From assembly GCF_001447785.1 (NCBI RefSeq), contig NW_015171567.1:29116-90369 (forward strand): DNA of 61,254 nt. Reading direction: 5' to 3'. Within the stretch, counting starts at the first letter, position 1. Every line of letters starts with the position of its first letter. A model generated the notes under the pieces. It was not told where the DNA came from and made no database searches. It saw nothing but the letters and a program-made list of their open reading frames with translations. The position numbers were made by a program, and so were the translations under genes. Source of the stretch: Gekko japonicus. Lineage: Eukaryota. Positions 49,765 to 61,254 of this stretch are shown piece after piece.

Positions 49765-49972
49765 TGGACTCTAATGCGGGAGGACCCGGTTTGGTTCCCC
49801 ACTCCTCCGCATGCAGCTGCCGGTGTGCCCTTGGGTCAGTCACAAGTTCTCTAGGGAGCCGTTCTCTTGAAAGAACTCTCTCAGCCCCACCTACCCCACA
49901 GGGAGTCTGCTCTGGGGCCCGGAGACGCCTTCTCGTCGTGAAGGGTGGGGTATGAAGCCAATCTCTTCTTCC
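49765..49972 (+). mobile_element. Squam3-like SINE (diverged)
   Basis: Family body and tail. Confidence 0.6.
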
Positions 49973-50738
49973 GCTGTCGGGACTAGATCTGGCCCTGCCT
50001 GGCCGCCAGCCCAGGGGGTCTGAAGTGCCGCCCTTGGCAGGTGGGCCAGGGGCTACCTCCCCCTCCCCCGCAGCCGGCTGGCGCTCTCCTCCCGACAAAC
50101 GGCCGCCCGCCCGCGTAGGCCCTGCCATGCCGCTCTCCGACGGCAAGGCTCGGTCGCCCGAGGCCCCGGCCTTCAGCTGCCGACTCCCAGCCAGCCCGGG
50201 GGGAAGCTGGCTCCGCGCAAGAGGCGGCGGCGGCGGCGCACTCCAAGGGACCTCGGACGCCAGCACGCAGAGCCTCCTTGGGGGGGCTCCCGGCCTCAAA
50301 CCCAATGGCCGGCCAACCTACCTGCCACGAACAGGATTCAGCCCCTGAACATTAGCAGCTTCTTCCTCCCCCCAGGGCGCTTCTTCCCCAGCCCCGTCGG
50401 ACGAGTGGGGTGGATCCCCTCTTCATGCGCCCGCTCTGCCGGCGCCTTTACCCACCAGCCATGGGTCGCTGGAGAGGGTCCGGGCAGGTGGGAAGGACAT
50501 GGAGGGGAGCCTCAGGGATCAGCGCTGGCTTTTGGTGGGGGGAGACGAATTTCGGTGCCCCCATCCAGGGCCCATTGCCCCATCCAGGGCCTCCTGCTGG
50601 GTTCCCAGTGGGGCGGTCTCCAGGCCCCACCGGGAGGTTGGCACCTGTAGCCTGCAGCCTCGCCTCGGGCCAGCCCTGGCTCTGAGCCCACCTACTGTTG
50701 ATCTAATTGGATGGACAGACACCCCAGATACCTCTGTG

Positions 50739-51027
50739 CAGGGCTTTTTTTGTAGAAAAAGCCCAGCAGGAACTCATTAGCATAATAGACCACACCCAAC
50801 AGCAGAAAATCATTAGCATATTAGGCCACACCCCCAATGCATTTCCCTGGCCTCCCCAATCCTTCCAGGGGGGCCCTGGCCCGCCCACCTCAGAGTCGCC
50901 GGGGGGTTGCTCTTTAGGCCTTCCCTCTGTATCCACACGCACAGAGATCTTGGCTGTAGTGGGCGTGGCCAACTCTGAAGCCAGCTAGAACTCCGTTCCT
51001 GTGTGTTCCTGCCCAAAAATAGCCCTG
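50739..51027. mobile_element. hAT-type MITE
   Basis: TIRs CAGGGCTTTTTT / AAAAATAGCCCTG and degenerate 8-bp TSD (CCTCTGTG/CCTCCGGG). A related fragment lies near 55395-55460. Confidence 0.6.
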
Positions 51028-51564
51028 CCTCCGGGTCGGTTCGTGCAACCTCAAGCAACCTGGAGCAGGATCAGGTGTTTCGAGAGGTCCTCGTAGGTTC
51101 TTGGGACTTCTGAGGTTTCTCTGAAGTTCAAAGATCAGCCTTACTCCTATCCCAGCTATGCAGCCTTAACAACCAGTCGAGAGGACTATTGGTACTGATT
51201 AAGGCTTGAAGCCAAAAAAAGTAACACCGTTCAGACTACTTTATGCATTCAGGGTGCCTCCACATACTGTGAGCCTCCCCACGGAAGATATTTCACTGTT
51301 AATAACTCCCATCCACTCCATAATCTTGGTTGGAAACTTACAAGATTTGTTAGTTGGGAACCATGACTTCCTAGCTGACTGATAAGGATTAGAATTTTAG
51401 TATAAATTTAAAGTTAATTCTAATGTAATAATAATCTGGTATAGTTAATTTAATTAATGTTATTGTTAGCAGGGTTATAATATTGACTAATGATTATGAG
51501 GGGATGACTGGGAGGAGGAATTTGATTATTTAGACTAGGGAACCAATTTTTGTGACTAGTTGGG

Positions 51565-52590
51565 TTTATTTATTTATTTATCGAATTTCTACCCCGCCCT
51601 CCCAGCCAGAGCCAGCTCAGGGCAGTTTACATAAGAAAAGAGATAAGTTACATTAAAACATAAATTACAATTCAAACAATTCTAAAACCATCTGGCGTAA
51701 TAAAGTGCTAGTAGTCATTATTAATTTGATGGTGGCAGCCACTATTCGATAGTCCCAACTCAAAGTTGGCTCACCCATCTTCCTTTTTTATTGTCCTTAA
51801 GGTGACTGATGTCCTTTAGGCTGTTGATGGAAATTCCAGGGATACAGGGCTCTCTTTCATTCCACTGTTAATTGTTAATTATCGATGGTGGTGGCGGCTC
51901 CCCAAGGCCTGGTGGAAGAGCTCCATTTTACAGGCCCTGAAAAACTTTAAGAGGTCCCGCAGGGCCCTGATCTCTTCCAGGAGCTCATTCCACCAGAACA
52001 GAGTCACCACTGAGAAAGCCCTGGCCCTGGTTGTCGACAGCCTGGCCTCCTTAAGACCCAGGAGGGCCAGTCAGTTCTGAGCCCGCTGATTGCAGTGCTC
52101 TCTGGGGGACATGTGGGGAAAGGAGGTCCCTCAGATATGTAGGTCCCTGACCATAAAGGGCTTTAAAGGTAAGAACCAGCACCTTGAAATGAATCCGGTA
52201 TGCTATTGGCAGCCAGTGCAATGCCTTTAGCACAGGCTGTATGTACTCCTGTATAGAGAGACCCATCAGAAGCCTGGCCACAGCATTTTGCACCAACTGC
52301 AACAGAAACTGCAGTTTCTGGATTTGAGACAAGGGCAGTCTCATATAGAGAGCATTACAGTAGTCCAGTCTCGAGGGGACCATTGCATGGATCACTGTTG
52401 CCAAGTTGTTGCGTTAGAGGAAGGGAACCAACTGCCTGATCAGCTAAAGATGGTAAAAGCCTGATTTGGCAGTGGCTGCTACCTGGGCCTCCATAGTTAA
52501 GGAGTCATCCAGGAGCACTCCCAGACTCTTAACCTCTGGCACTGGCACCAGTGGTGCCCCATCGAAGGTCAGGAGCGGGATCCCTACCCT
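51565..52590 (-). mobile_element. L2-clade LINE 3' fragment
   Basis: SRLDYCNALY...LQLVQNAVARLL...LHWLPIAYRIHFKVL, with (TAAA)n tail near 51565. Confidence 0.85.
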
Positions 52591-52957
52591 CGGCTGCCCC
52601 CAGGCACAGGCTGTGGGGGACCCCTCCTGTCAGGTTACACTGACTACATGGACTTTATGTCTTATCTTCTAAGGAGAAAATATTAGTATCTTATGCCTTA
52701 TTATAGTGACAGTATGCACTAATGTTGTTGTTGTGACACCACCAACTTTGTAATGGTTTAATATATTGCTTTGGCAATCTTTGATGGTGTTTTCTACTAG
52801 TGGAATTTGTGTATTTGGGACTCCTGTGACACTAGTCCTTTCCCCCTTGTTGTTTGGAATCACCCCTGCCTGGGCATGCATTCGCCTCCCCCAGGAGCCT
52901 GGCGGCATCCCAGTCTGCTTGCCCAAAGTGGCTTTTGACTCCCTCCCTCCCTTGCAG

Positions 52958-55900
52958 GGATCGGGAAATGCATCGCTCTAGACTTGGCCCGCAGGAACGC
53001 ACACGTCATCCTGGCCTGTCGGGACAAAGAGAAGGGCCAGGCTGCGCTGGACGAGATCCGCAGGGCCACCGGCAACCCCAGCATGCGCCTGCGCCTCCTG
53101 GACGTCAGCTCCATGGCCTCCGTCCGAGATTTTGCCAGGCAGTTCCTGAAGGAGGAGAGCCGGCTGGACATCTTGGTCAATAATGCAGGGATCACAGGTG
53201 GGAAGGCAAAGGCGCCCTGGTGTGTCGGTGTTTGGCTGGGGGGGCCAGTTTGGTGTAGTGGTTAAGTGCGCGGACTCCAATCTGGGAGAACCAGGTTTGA
53301 TTCCCCACGCCTCCACTTGCAGCTGCCGGATGACCTTGGGCAGGCTGTAGTTCTGACAAGAGCTGTCCTTGAAAAAGAGCAGTTTCTGTCAAGAGCTCTC
53401 TCAGCCTCGCCCACCTCCCAGGGTGTCTGTTGTGGGGAGGGAAAGGGAAAGGAGTTTGTAAGCCGCTCTGAGACTCCTTTGCATAGTGAAGGGTGGGTAT
53501 AAATCCAATATTTTCTTCTCCTTCTCCTTCCTGGGGCAGAGAGAGTCCTGGGGCAAGCCAAGCTGAGCCAAGAGGCCCCTGCAGTGCTGGCAGAATTACA
53601 AGGGCTGCTCCAGGCGGGCACAGGAGGTTTGGAGGTGTGGCTTGCCCACCACAATTGGCCAGGCCCTCAAAGGGCTCCTGCGCCCCTCTGCCCTGTGGCT
53701 CTCCTCCCTCCCTTCCGTCCGGTGAATAATCACTCAGCGCCCTCAACTGCGGGGCTGGGGGCGGTCAGTCTACAGCCCTTATTTGTTAAGCTTCAGAGAA
53801 TCACCTGACTGCTGCCCACGTTGGAATCAGGGTGCTGGGTGAGATGGACCCCTTTCCCTCTGATCTAGCTGGGCTCTTCTCACATGCTTACTGGGAGGAG
53901 GCCAAGGGGAACTTTCTCCTTCTAGGAAGGGAGGGCCAGCAAGCGTTCAAAGACACATGGTAGGGTTCATTTGTCTTTGCTTTATTTAGCTGACTTGCAC
54001 CCCCTCCCTCTCTGAGAGGGAGTTTGGTGTCGTGGTTTAAGTGCGCGGACTCTAATCTGGGAGAGCCGGGTTGGATTCCCCCCTCCTCCTCCACTGGCAC
54101 CTGGCTGGATGCCCCTGGGCAAGCCGTAGTTCTGACAAGAGCTGTCCTTGAAAAAAAGCCGTTTCTGTCAAGAGCTCTCTCAGCCCTGCCTGCCTCACAG
54201 GGGGTGCCTGTCTGTTGTGGGGAGGGGGAGGGAAAGGAGATTGTCAGCCACTCTGAGACTCCTCTGGGTGGTGAAGGGCCNNNNNNNNNNNNNNNNNNNN
54301 NNNNNNNNNNNNNNNNNNNNNNNNNNNNNNNNNNNNNNNNNNNNNNNNNNNNNNNNNNNNNNNNNNNNNNNNNNNNNNNNNNNNNNNNNNNNNNNNNNNN
54401 NNNNNNNNNNNNNNNNNNNNNNNNNNNNNNNNNNNNNNNNNNNNNNNNNNNNNNNNNNNNNNNNNNNNNNNNNNNNNNNNNNNNNNNNNNNNNNNNNNNN
54501 NNNNNNNNNNNNNNNNNNNNNNNNNNNNNNNNNNNNNNNNNNNNNNNNNNNNNNNNNNCTCCCAAAACAGCTTCTATTGTTCTGTCCTCCCAGAGGCACC
54601 CTGGGAGCCTCCAGGGCAGGAGTGGGGATTCCGCCCAGGGGTGTCCCAGCTCCTCGTCTGGCACAGTAGCCGCTGCACCACCCAGTTCTAGGGAGCAGCA
54701 GTGCAGGTTCATGGGTGCCGGGAAGGGAGTCAGCCCCCTGCCCTGGACCGGCTGGGTGCCTGGACCTCCCGCCTCCCCGTCCCAGGTCGCTCCTCTGCCT
54801 TCTCTCCCTCTCCAGGCTTGCCGGTGGCCCCCACCGCCGAGGACCTGGAACAGATGTTTGCCACCAATGTCCTGGGCCCCTTCCTGCTCACCAGCTTGCT
54901 TCTGGGTAAGGCAGCCTTCTCTTCCATGCCCTGTCGGGGCCCCTGGTGGCACGGTCATCCCTGGGGGTGGGAGCCTGTCTTCAGTGGCCTCTCCTCCAGG
55001 CAGAGTAAGGCCCCCGGGGGGGGACACCCCTCGGCTTCCTGAATCCCCCCCCCGTTCTGAGAGCCACTGGCCAAGAACAGCACTTAGCAAAGGTCAGCTT
55101 GGGTGGAAATGTGTGTGGGGGGGAGCAGCACCCGGGGCAGTTTGGAAATAATAAAGAAAGGTCAGGATTTGTGTCTGGGAGTTGGACTCTCTCCGAAGCG
55201 CTGTGCATTGCTCCAGTATCAAAGCTCCCCCCCGCCTGGAAGATCCAAGATGTCCGGGCAGCATTGCTGACGGAGCTGGGAGAGCCCTTCGAGGTTTACA
55301 GACACAACCTGGTTCGGTTGTCCGGCTAGCTAGGCGGGCGCTTCATAGGGAGGGGGGAGGCATCACAGGCAGGGGTCATTTCCCCGAAAAAGAGGTGCAG
55401 GAGCTCATTAGCATGACTTATTTGCATATGCCACACCCCCTGGCATCACCGGAAGTGTGTCAGAAGGCAACACCCACCGCTCAGGCTCCACTGGACTGTT
55501 TTGGATTGCTAGCTATTGCGGGGGGGGGGAGGTGCAGATCTGTCCTCGCAGAGGAGGGAGGGCTCATACCTGAATAAAACGTGGTCTTCAAGGTGCCACT
55601 GGCGTCTGGACTGTTTTGAACCGGGGGACGGGCTCTGCAACTTACTTGGCTGCTTCTTGCTCTGACTGAGGGCTGCTGGGAGCAGGGGGTGGGGCTTGTT
55701 GCATGTGCCCGCCCCCTGGGCTCTTTACTGCTGGAGCTCCGCTCCTGTGCGCTCCTGCAGGAAATGACCCCTGCATAGGCACCCCCATGCCTGTGGGCCT
55801 CCTGTTGCCTCCTGGGGTCAGCTTTCTTTGTCGGGAATCCCAAACAAAACATCCGTGATGATGATGATGAGTCAATAAAGATATATTTGCTAAAATATTT

Positions 55901-57793
55901 ACTATCAGTTGTGATTCTGTAGGAAAATACCTTCTTTTATCGCTCACACACAATGGATTGCTTTGTCTGAGCATGTGGCAACAACAATTCTTATTGATGT
56001 ATCCACTCTAGGAATAAGTGGATAAGTTGATAAGAATTGCTATTGCCACATGCTCAGACAAGTAACGAATAAATATACACTGCAAGAAACGTTTGTAAAT
56101 TAATGTGTTCTGTTTATAATTAACATTCTATAAAGTGCATTGTGTGTTCTTATAACATCCTAATCAGGTATATATATTCAGTACCTTCAATATAACAATA
56201 ACATACTAGACTAGATTGCAAGACTAGATCTAATGGGTGGGCATTACAAGGGAGTCGTTACCGGCTAAATATCAGGAGAATCTTCTCGACTGTAAGCGTG
56301 GTTGAGCAGTGGAACAGTCTGCCTCGGGAGGTGGTGGGTGTTCCTTCGCTGGACGTTTCCAAGCGGAGGCTGGACGACCCTCTTTCGGGTATGCTGTAGG
56401 GCTCTCTTTCGGCTCTGCTCCTGCAGAGTGCTGCTTGGGGGTTAGACTAGATGACCTGCAAGGTCCCTTCCAGCTCTTAACATTCTATGATTCTATGATT
56501 CCATACAGTTCATACAATATAACAACTACCAGTCAGTTTTGCATCAGTATTTTAGAAGTCAAACCCCAACGGGAGTTTCCAGAATTACATGCCCACTTCT
56601 GCTTGCATGAAGTCTTCCAGAAGGGGGAAAAGCTTTCATTCATCTAACACTCTATGATTCTATGATTCTATACAGTTCATACAATATAACAACTACGTCA
56701 ATTTTGCATCAGTATTTTAGAAGTCAAAACCCAACGGGAGTTTCCAGAATTACACGCCCACTTCTGCTTGCATGAAGTCTTCCAGAAGGGGGAAAAGCTT
56801 TCATTCATAGTTGTGTTGAGTTGTGGTCCTACAAAAGACTATTTAAAAGACATCATTCATAAGTCTAAAAGTTATACAACATTTCTAGTACAGTTTGGCT
56901 TCATCACTTTTCTTACCACATTGTGCCGTCAAAATTCATGGAAGGAGTGCTCGCTCGTGTCATTCTCAGGGCTGCAGAGTGTTGACCTCGTTCTCTGGCC
57001 ATTAAATCTTACAACACAGTTATGCAACCAGCAGTTATTGCAAGCGTTCTCTAATTAAAGAGACCGTAGCAAAAATCCACATTCCCCTTCTTAAAGTATA
57101 CATAATGTATTTCAGTCCAAAGCAGGTCTAGACTTTACTTTGATATTTACAGGGGACATTTCCCCCTCTTTTGCGGGGAGTCTAAGTAAGATGGTAATCT
57201 AGTTCATAAATGGCATGAGAAGTCCATTGTTTGGTTCATTCCCTCTGGGGTCAATGTATGAAGCCTGTGAATCCGTCTCCTCCCGTGATCTCTCACTTTT
57301 GGCTTCTTTGTCGGGCAAATGGGATGTGTTGCTGAACGAGACAGAGCTTAGCTCTGCCCCCTCAGGGATCTCCTTTGGCTCTTGACGTGAGTCCTCATGG
57401 GTGCATTTCTTACCCTAAGAGAGGTGCTTGCTTCCAGCTGCTTGCAGAGGCAGGGCAAAGGTCTCCTGGCTGTCGATCCGTCCATGCACAGAAGCTGGAC
57501 AGAGGCTTGCAGAAAGCCAAGTGCGTGGGTGCCTTTTGGGGTGGAGGGTCTGCCAGTGAGAGACCTCCTTCCTGCTCTCTTTGTCCCTTTGCCCACAGCT
57601 GGTCTCCCTCCCTGTCCTTGCAGACACCGTAAAGGCCTCTGCCCCCGCACGGATTGTGAACGTCTCTTCCTTCGTGCACTGCAAGGGGACAGTGAACATC
57701 AGGTTCCTGACCGGTGAAGAGTGGCCAAAAAGCTGCACCCAGGCCTACTACAGCTCCAAGCTGATGAACGTCGTCTTCACAATCGAGCTGGCC
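52958..57793 (+). CDS. Retinol dehydrogenase-like SDR (RDH11/12/13-DHRS13 type), partial: three internal exons, possibly a pseudogene
   Basis: Exons 52958-53197 (GIGKCIALDLARR...ILACR...LDILVNNAG), 54816-54905 (MFATNVLGPFLLT) and 57624-~57793 (ARIVNVSS...AYYSSKLMNVVFTIELA, YxxxK). Phases are consistent. First and last exons were not found. Confidence 0.8.
53243..53530 (+). mobile_element. Squam3-like SINE, full length
   Basis: A box TGGTGTAGTGG, B box GGTTTGATTCC and CT-rich tail. Confidence 0.8.
54019..54280 (+). mobile_element. Squam3-like SINE
   Basis: Family head and body, running into a gap. Confidence 0.75.
55963..56061. repeat. Inverted repeat, 45-bp arms with 9-nt loop
   Basis: TTGTCTGAGCATGTGGCAA...TATCCACT pairs with AGTGGATA...TTGCCACATGCTCAGACAA. 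Confidence 0.85.
56219..56500 (+). mobile_element. CR1 LINE 3' end
   Basis: Same family as 25046-25380, with ATTCTATG tail. Confidence 0.85.
56478..56808. repeat. Tandem duplication, ~167-bp unit including the CR1 tail
   Basis: Units 56478-56644 and 56645-56808. Confidence 0.85.
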
Positions 57794-58646
57794 AGCCCGA
57801 TCCATTGTGCAAGTCCCTCTGAAATCACAGCTGGGGATTTATTTGGTGCCACAGGAGGCTCCTTGGCCCAAGAATCTTTGCCAAGTTAGGCCACACTCAC
57901 AATTTACTTAATTGTATGTTACTGAGAGACAGCTGTGATGCAGTGGTTAGAAGGTCTGGGAGACCCAGGTTCGAATGCCCACTTTGCCACGGAAGCGTGC
58001 TGGTGATCTTGAGGTAGCCACTATCTCTCAGCCTAACCTGCCTTACAGGGTTGTTGTGAGGATAAAATGGAGGAGGAGACAAAGTTGTAAGCCACTTTGG
58101 GGAGAAAAATGCGGTAGAGATGACATAAATGTAAATGGAATAAAAATAAACTTATACTAAAGGACATAGCTATCTTTCTACTGGAGGGGAAACCGGATTC
58201 AAAGCAGCTCACTATGGGAGAGGCATACAGTACAGTCTGAGTACAAGATACAGGATACAGTGCAGTGCAACTTGTTAAAAAAAAGAGATTTAGAGACACA
58301 GGGATGGGCAAACAGTAGTAGAGTTACCAACCTCCAGGTGCAGGCTGGAGTTTTCCTGGAATTACATCTGATCTTGATTCTACAGAGATNNNNNNNNNNN
58401 NNNNNNNNNNNNNNNNNNNNNNNNNNNNNNNNNNNNNNNNNNNNCTGCTGAACAAGAGGCCTTTTAAAAAGAACGTATCGTCCAAACGTATTTTCTCGCT
58501 TACATGCCAGTTACTGTCAGTCACAAAATGGAGATCCTTGTGCTGGGGTGGCGGCAGCTGCTGCCAACGCAGTGATGCTTGAATTTGCACAGTCAATCAG
58601 ATCTCCAGTGGCCAATCAGAAGCCCTGCTGGGCAAAAGCCCTCCCT

Positions 58647-59280
58647 AGAATCAGAGAATCACACAGAGTTGGGAGGGGCCACAGAGGCCATCTAGTCCAA
58701 CCCCCTGCTCAGTGCCGGATCAGCCTAGAGCATCCCTGACGAGAGTTTGTCCAGACGCTGCTTAAAGACTGCCAGTGAGGGGGAGCGCACCAGCACCACC
58801 ACCCCTGGCAGCTGATTCCACTCTTGAAGAACTCTGACTGTCAAAACGTTTTACCTCATACCCAGCCACTATCTTCCTGCCCTTAATTTAAACCCATTCC
58901 TGTGAGTCCTCTCCTCTGCTGCCCACAGGGACAGCTCCCTGCCCTCCTCCTCCTCCTCTGAGTGACAGCCCTTCAGATGCTTCATGAGAGCCATCCCATC
59001 CCCCCCTCAGCCTTTCAGTCGTCCTCCTCACTCTCCTAGTCTGCACACGCTCCATTCCGTCCACATCCTTTTGGAAGCGGGGCCCCCGGAACTGGAGGTG
59101 CGGCCTGACCAGTTCAGGGTACGGCGGGACGATCTCACATCTTGCAAACTGGATGTTGTGCCTCTGTTGAGACACCCCAAGACTGCAGTAGCCTTTTTTG
59201 GTCACCGCATCACACTGGCTGCTCATAGGTAACTTACGGTCCACCCTTACCCCAAGATCTTGTTCACACACACCCTGCTA
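58647..59280 (-). mobile_element. CR1 LINE 3' fragment
   Basis: CEQDLGVRVDRKLPMSSQC...LVRPHL...DVDGMERVQ. Confidence 0.85.
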
Positions 59281-60063
59281 CTCAGAGGTGTACCTGGCCC
59301 CACCCACTTTATGGAAAAAACTTGGTGGGCACCATATTGGTGATTCCTTTTCTAAGCTGACTGACACGGGGGGAGAGGATGGATTTCTACAGAACCACAC
59401 ACACCCCTGAATGCTGGCCATAGCCATATCTCAACGTATGTTCACCGGAGAGAACAATGTCCCTCCGCTTTCTGTGAGGTGAGGCAGGACATTCGATTGC
59501 AGGGCCTGTTGGTTGCCCGTTCCGAGAACAAGCAAAATGGAGCTTCCCCTCCTAAGTATGCAGCAGGGGTGGGTTTCCCCCCTAGATATGCAAAAAAAAA
59601 AAAAAAAAACAACCCAACAACAGTTGCNNNNNNNNNNNNNNNNNNNNNNNNNNNNNNNNNNNNNNNNNNNNNNNNNNNNNNNNNNNNNNNNNNNNNNNTG
59701 GGGGTGTGGTGGGTGGGTGGGTGGGGGGGGGGGGGGGGGGAGGTTGGCCAGCCGAAGCACCGTCCCAGTGGCCCCTCCCACGCGGGCACTCCCTGCCCGA
59801 GCCCGGGAGGCCGGAGAAACTGGCCACAGCGCCCACGGTAGGCAGGATCCCTTCAGCTTACAGGGAGAGCGCCTGCTTGGAAACGGCTTTCCCTTTCCGC
59901 AGAGTGAGGTAGACCCTTGCGCTACCTGGGGGGGGGGATTTGACATTCTGGTGGGGACAGGTGTGCTCAGTCCCCACGGTCCCCCAAACGGCTGCCTCTG
60001 TACCTTGTGGTGTCCCCTCCCCCCGAGGGGCTTCCCTGTGGAGGCCGGCCCCCCCCAGCATCC

Positions 60064-60173
60064 CTTGGCATCATAATAAGCACGCTTTAGGGAAAGGTAA
60101 CTTTATTAGAGCTGAAAGGTGCATAACATGGTCACTGTTCAGAATGGGGCATACAGGCAATGGCTAAGCATAT
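60064..60173 (-). repeat. Fragment (R/U5) of the same Gypsy LTR family
   Basis: Reverse complement of ATATGCTTAGCC...TGATGCCAAG, also seen at ~36953-37062 and ~44191-44299. Confidence 0.85.
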
Positions 60174-61254
60174 CCGTGCCCTTCCTGGCTCATTAAAGCG
60201 GGCCATGAGGGGTTTCGAGGAGCTCTTAGGGAGATTATCAACAAGTCTCTCACCGAGGGACGATTCCCGGGAGCTCTCAAGGAGGCGATGGTCCGCCCTC
60301 TCCTGAAAAAACCAACTCTGGATCCAGCCAAATTGGCCAGCTATCGGCTGGTTTCCAATTTGCCCTATTTGGGCAAATTGATTGAGAGGGTGGTGGCGGC
60401 ACAGCTTCAGGGTTTTCTGGATGATGCTTCTACTCTTGATCCCTTCCAGTCCGGCTTTCGCCCAGGTCACGGGACGGAAACGGCGTTGGTCGCTCTTACT
60501 GACGACCTCCGTAGACACCTGGATCGAGGTGGTTTGGGGATGCTGCTGTTGCTAGACCTGTCGGCTGCGTTCGACATGGTGGCTTGGCTCTTTTCGCCAG
60601 GGTCGGGAACAAAGGGTGGTGCTTGGGGAACAGCAGTCCAGGAGGCGCCCCCTTGAGTGTGGCGTACCCCAGGGCACAGTTCTGTCCCCGATGTTGTTTA
60701 ACATCTTTATGCGCCCCCTTGCACAGGTGGCTCGGAAGTATGGGTTGGGCTGTCATCAGTACGCTGATGACACCCAGCTCTATCTGATGTTGGGTGGCCA
60801 GTCGGATTCCAGACCAGAGGATCTGGACCAGGCGTTACAGGCCGTGGCTGGTTGGCTTTGGCTGAGCCGGTTGAAGCTAAATCCGGTGAAGACGGAGGTC
60901 CTGTGCCTGAGTTGTGACGGTGCAGGGTTGGAGGCCCCGCTCCCGACCTTCGATGGGGCACTGCTAGTGCCAGCGCCGGAGGTTAGGAGTTTGGGGGTGC
61001 TCCTGGATGCCTCCTTGACAATGGAGGTCTAGGTAGCGGCCACTGCCAAATCGGCCTTTTACCATCTTCGGCTGGTTCGGCAGTTGGTTCCCTTCCTTGA
61101 CCGCCGCGACCTGGTGACAGTGATCCATGTGACGGTCACCTCGAGACTTGACTACTGTAACGCTCTCTACATGGGGCTGCCCTTGTCTCAAATCCGGAAG
61201 CTGCAGCTAGTGCAGAATGCCACGGCTAGGCTGCTACTGGGCTCTCCACGGTGG
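60172..61254 (+). mobile_element. L2-clade LINE ORF2 (RT) fragment, defective, runs off the window
   Basis: PLLKKPTLDP, QSGFRPGHGTETAL, LDLSAAFD, GVPQGTVLSP and YADDTQL motifs. Internal deletion near 60580 and stop at 61030. Confidence 0.9.

Noticed and set aside
50685-50725. PTVDLIGWT resembling the RDH first-exon DLTGKT motif
   Set aside because: No following VTGAN motif or donor site.
53243-53310. tRNA-like A/B box sequences
   Set aside because: These are SINE heads continuing into the SINE body, not tRNA genes.

Overview
Vertebrate genomic scaffold segment with many N gaps. A squamate, probably a gecko, is inferred from the SINE and LINE repertoire. Intron-containing host genes: a RHOBTB1/2-subfamily atypical Rho GTPase (+, 10995-17323, one exon lost in a gap), WDR54 (-, 20802-29075), C2orf81/DUF4639 (+, 30926-46000, head-to-head with WDR54) and an incomplete RDH11/12/13-type short-chain dehydrogenase (+, 52958-~57793). 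The 12-kb second intron of C2orf81 holds a Tf1/sushi-type chromoviral Gypsy element. This element has an 11-nt self-priming (tRNA-independent) PBS, a PEG10-like GGGAAAC plus pseudoknot frameshift signal and a deleted integrase. Its 3' LTR is split by an L1-bounded block carrying a headless 10-finger C2H2 array. The remainder is tRNA-derived SINEs, Sauria SINEs, CR1/L2/L1 fragments, solo LTRs, hAT MITEs and short duplications. Most other ORFs in the track are spurious (GC-rich or gap-spanning).
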